64,000 nt of DNA from positions 27,270 through 91,269 of the forward strand of contig JAJUJM010000007.1 of assembly GCA_029265315.1 (NCBI GenBank). Reading direction: 5' to 3'. The notes under the pieces were generated by a model. It made no database searches. It was not told the origin of the DNA and saw only the letters and a list, made by a program, of their open reading frames with translations. Positions 61,370 through 64,000 of the stretch are shown piece by piece. How positions within the stretch are numbered: position 1 is the stretch's first letter; each line of letters opens with the position of its first letter. The position numbers and the translations under genes are program-made. Source of the stretch: Actinomycetota bacterium (GTDB lineage: Bacteria > Actinomycetota > Coriobacteriia > Anaerosomatales > PHET01).

Positions 61370-61401
61370 TTGACCAACTATATGTTATTAACATATAGTT
61401 G
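61370..61401 (+). promoter_or_regulatory. promoter with perfect palindromic operator (probably bound by PadR)
   Basis: CAACTATATGTT-ATT-AACATATAGTTG (61375-61401) overlapping TTGACC-N18-TATAGT. Confidence 0.75.
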
Positions 61402-61448
61402 TATGTGACTTCTAGATGCACATGTCATTTCATCGGAGGTGTACGTCG

Positions 61449-61892
61449 ATGAAGACCGCCGGAGGATTCGGCCGCGGTCCGGCTGGAAACCGCAGCGCGG
61501 CCCACGGTGCTGGCCGCCCGTGCTGCAGACGCGGCGGAGGAGGTGGCCTTGGGGCGTTCGTGGAGCCCGCGGCCCTCGCCGCGCTTCTCGCCAAACCAGC
61601 CCACGGCTATGACCTGCGCAAGGAGATCTCGCTGATCACGGACGGGCAGGTGGAGGTCGACGCGGGAGGCCTGTACCGAGTGCTGCGTAGGCTCGAAGAC
61701 GAAGGGTTCGTCACGTCGGCATGGGCCGAGGGCGGAACAGGACCACAGCGCCGCGACTACCAACTCACCGCTGAAGGCCGAGAGCTGGCCCAGGACTGGA
61801 TCACACGCCTGCGCGAACGCGAGCGGTTGTCACGAATCCTCGCCGATGCGCTCAGCGCGCAGACAGAAGAACCCGATGGGAGGAACGGATGA
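61449..61892 (+). CDS. PadR family transcriptional regulator
   Basis: HGYDL, GGLYRVLRRLE, GPQRRDYQLTAEG; RBS GGAGG. Confidence 0.92.
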   Translation: MKTAGGFGRGPAGNRSAAHGAGRPCCRRGGGGGLGAFVEPAALAALLAKPAHGYDLRKEISLITDGQVEVDAGGLYRVLRRLEDEGFVTSAWAEGGTGPQRRDYQLTAEGRELAQDWITRLRERERLSRILADALSAQTEEPDGRNG

Positions 61893-62269
61893 GCGAACGG
61901 ATGGTACTGGCGATACCGTCGAACGGAAGAGGTGGGCTCGAAGGAGAGCGCTCCGAGCACTTCGGGCACTGCGATTGTTTCACGCTGGTCGAGGTCATCG
62001 ACGGCAGGATCGAGAGCGTCGAGAGCGTCGAGAACCCACCCCATCAGCACGGCGGATGCATGCAGTCTGTGCGTCTGCTGACCTCGCGCGGAGTCAACAC
62101 GCTCGTCGTCGCCGGGATGGGCGCGCGTCCGCTCGCCGCGTTCCAAGCCGCGGGGATCACCGTGCTGTTCGAGAACGAGACCCCGAGCGTCGGGGCCACG
62201 GTCGATCTGGTCGCCAACGGAGTACTGGAAGTGATGGATGCGCGCCGTACGTGCCAAGGACACCACTAG
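61889..62269 (+). CDS. NifB/NifX-family (dinitrogenase FeMo-cofactor-like) protein
   Basis: HFGHCDCF, ENP, GMGARP, AGITV; ATGA-coupled to padR. Confidence 0.9.
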   Translation: MSERMVLAIPSNGRGGLEGERSEHFGHCDCFTLVEVIDGRIESVESVENPPHQHGGCMQSVRLLTSRGVNTLVVAGMGARPLAAFQAAGITVLFENETPSVGATVDLVANGVLEVMDARRTCQGHH

Positions 62270-62295
62270 CTGAAACCAGAGTCGCAAGCAAAGCG

Positions 62296-62323
62296 CAGGA
62301 GCCGCCTCGCAAGGCGGCTCCTG
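62296..62323. terminator. hairpin between convergent nifX-like gene and tRNA-Asp
   Basis: CAGGAGCCGCCT-CGCA-AGGCGGCTCCTG, perfect 12-bp stem. Confidence 0.75.
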
Positions 62324-62333
62324 TCAGTTCGTG

Positions 62334-62410
62334 TGGCGGGAGTGACGGGGCTCGAACCCGCGACCTCTGGCTTGACAGGCCAGCGCTCTAACCGGCTGAG
62401 CTACACCCCC
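62334..62410 (-). tRNA. tRNA-Asp (anticodon GUC)
   Basis: GGGGGTGTAGCTCAG...GGCCTGTCAAGCC...GGTTCGAGCCC...CTCCCGCCA; promoter TTGCCA-N17-TAGAAT at 62448-62476. Confidence 0.97.
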
Positions 62411-62493
62411 GCGTAGGGTGTGTCCGCCGAAGCGGACAGCGGACGGGATTCTACCGACCTCGGGAGAGCTTGGCAATAGCCGCGCAGATGCCG

Positions 62494-62934
62494 TCACAAC
62501 GATGCGACGTCAAACCCTTCGACGAACGGGTTGCGAAACTCCACCGGCCCCAGAGTGAGCCCGTCCGCGAAGTCCTCACTCAGGACGACCGGCACCCCTG
62601 CCAGTGCCGCTGATGCCCAGATCTGCGCGTCATGGTAGGCGAGCTGCCAACGAGCACGGGCGCGAATCGCGCACAGTACAGTCAACGGGGTCACTGGAAT
62701 GACACGGTACCGCGCGACGATCTTCTCGACCGAGAGCTCGACAAGTGACGGTCCCCAGGCGAGCCTCCGCGGATGCGTCAATACACTGGCGTACTCGCAC
62801 AGCACCTGTGACGAGATCGCTGCCGCCCCCTCTTCAAGTCCTGAGAGTAGCGCCCGCGCCATCTCGTGACGAGATCCTGCAAGCCGGTCGACCGCGTAGA
62901 CCAACACATTAGCGTCGAGTAGAACCCCTCCCAT
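62494..62934 (-). CDS. PIN-domain (VapC-like) toxin
   Basis: LLDANVLVY, QVLCEY, HDAQIWASA, LSEDF. Confidence 0.92.
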   Translation of the reverse strand: MGGVLLDANVLVYAVDRLAGSRHEMARALLSGLEEGAAAISSQVLCEYASVLTHPRRLAWGPSLVELSVEKIVARYRVIPVTPLTVLCAIRARARWQLAYHDAQIWASAALAGVPVVLSEDFADGLTLGPVEFRNPFVEGFDVASL

Positions 62935-63199
62935 ACAAGTTCTCCCGCGTCCACGTCCGTGTCCCGTTCTCATCAACCGTTCCCAGGGGAAGCCCCTGCT
63001 CGAAGAACGCATCCAGCCACTCGGCTGCCTCACGGCGGCGTTCTTCTTCGGCGACACGCTTCTCGTCGGCAGCGACCATCTCGTCGATGGCCTGCCGGAT
63101 GATCTCGGACTGGGAGACCCCTCGTTCCCTCGCCAAGCGCTCGAGCAGCGCCTCGCGCTTTGCGTCTATGACGATCTGCTTTCTGATCATGCGCGCCAC
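62909..63199 (-). CDS. ribbon-helix-helix (CopG-like) antitoxin
   Basis: MIRKQIVID...LARERGVSQSEIIRQAID; C-terminal WTRENLY; overlaps the toxin gene. Confidence 0.88.
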   Translation of the reverse strand: MARMIRKQIVIDAKREALLERLARERGVSQSEIIRQAIDEMVAADEKRVAEEERRREAAEWLDAFFEQGLPLGTVDENGTRTWTRENLYGRGSTRR

Positions 63200-63240
63200 C
63201 GTGAGACCTCCGCCTTACCGCAAGCAGATCCACATTCAAC

Positions 63241-63324
63241 CGGTACCAGGCCTGGTACCGATGACTGCCCTCGGTCGCCGGGTCCAAGAGAATGTGTATA
63301 CCGTGTGTATACCGTGTGTATACC
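63241..63324. repeat. 20-bp perfect palindrome plus three 11-bp tandem repeats
   Basis: CGGTACCAGGCCTGGTACCG (63241-63260); TGTGTATACCG x3 (63293-63324, last copy ends in CC). Confidence 0.9.
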
Positions 63325-63387
63325 CACAAGCGGCAGGAAGCGCCGCCCGTTCGGGTATCTTACGTTGCGGACCCGAAGGGAGCCGCC

Positions 63388-64000
63388 GTGACCATCCCCG
63401 CCCATGAGGCGCTACGCTCAGCGCTTGAGGGCGCGCTCGCGGACCGAGACCGTGCGGCCGCTGTACGCGTCGTCACCTCCGCAGTACGCGAGGGACGCGT
63501 CGCGCTCGACGACGTCTATGCGCACGTGCTGACCCCGCTGCTCGTCGACATCGGCGCGTCATGGGCGGCAGGCACCACGGCCGTCTGGGAGGAGCATTTC
63601 GCTTCCTCTGTGGTCCGTACCGTGATCGAATCGCTCGCCACGGACGTCTCCGAGGCGGCTGCGACGGTACCCGAACGAGGAACCGTGGTGCTCGCATGCC
63701 CTTCCGGCGAGCAGCACGATCTGGGGCTGAGGATGCTCGCTGACCGCTTGGCGCTACGCGGATGGAAGGCGCACTTCCTGGGCGCGGACACGCCCGCGGG
63801 AGAAGTGATCGCCGCCGCGAAGGCGCTGGGGGCCGACGTGGTCGCGCTGTCAGCCGCGACCCACTACAACCTCGTGTTGTTGCGAACGTTCGTCGACCAG
63901 GTGAAGACCGGGCTCCCGGGCGTGCGGATCGGCGTCGGAGGCCCGGCGTTCGCGTGCAACCACCAGTGGCCGGCCGAGGACCTGCTCGTCCTGCACGACC
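63388..64000 (+). CDS. stand-alone B12-binding protein, CarH/AerR-like (3' truncated)
   Basis: RBS GAAGGGAG and GTG; W-x9-EH (WAAGTTAVWEEH), GEQHDLG, FLGADTP, VGGPA; missing from the ORF track because the stop lies outside the window. Confidence 0.85.
   Translation, partial: MTIPAHEALRSALEGALADRDRAAAVRVVTSAVREGRVALDDVYAHVLTPLLVDIGASWAAGTTAVWEEHFASSVVRTVIESLATDVSEAAATVPERGTVVLACPSGEQHDLGLRMLADRLALRGWKAHFLGADTPAGEVIAAAKALGADVVALSAATHYNLVLLRTFVDQVKTGLPGVRIGVGGPAFACNHQWPAEDLLVLHD

Noticed and set aside
61889-62269. Nitrogen fixation gene
   Set aside because: Stand-alone NifB/NifX-family proteins are widespread in non-diazotrophic anaerobes, and no nifHDK is in the window
63293-63324. Mini-CRISPR or replication iterons
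   Set aside because: Units are contiguous 11-mers with no spacers, and no cas or rep gene is present

Overview
High-GC chromosomal segment with a mostly housekeeping gene set. Gene order and content suggest an anaerobic actinobacterium, possibly Coriobacteriia; this is inference only. In order, the window holds: the 3' end of a photolyase; a complete selenocysteine machinery (tRNA-Sec, selB, selA, a DsrE/YedF-like gene, and selD, itself a selenoprotein with an in-frame UGA and SECIS-like hairpin) interleaved with an OmpR-type two-component system and tspO; an unexplained corrinoid protein-TPR-glycoside hydrolase-EAL cluster coupled to selD; the actinobacterial mfd-prsA-mazG-eno-(methyltransferase, pyk)-ftsB-DUF501-ppx-tRNA-Leu(UAA) locus; a split class III ribonucleotide reductase with tandem NrdR boxes; nth; yhbD/yhbE-like genes; a fluoride riboswitch-crcB-DUF190-MFS run; tRNA-Phe; a ~1700-aa exported protein with 21 Asp-box/YCF48 repeats, Ig/FN3 domains and 11 heme-c motifs, coupled to a membrane-anchored NHL protein; a porC-(yqhA)-porD-porA-porB operon; a non-canonical double-CDGSH protein; XRE-cupin plus acyl-CoA synthetase; an S55 peptidase; ppk2; an L,D-transpeptidase; SulP; a PAS protein; a heme-c-sensor diguanylate cyclase; PadR-NifX; tRNA-Asp; a vapBC-like pair; and a truncated CarH/AerR-like B12-binding protein. 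I found no CRISPR array, integrase or transposase. All calls come from motif recognition by eye; no database searches were run.
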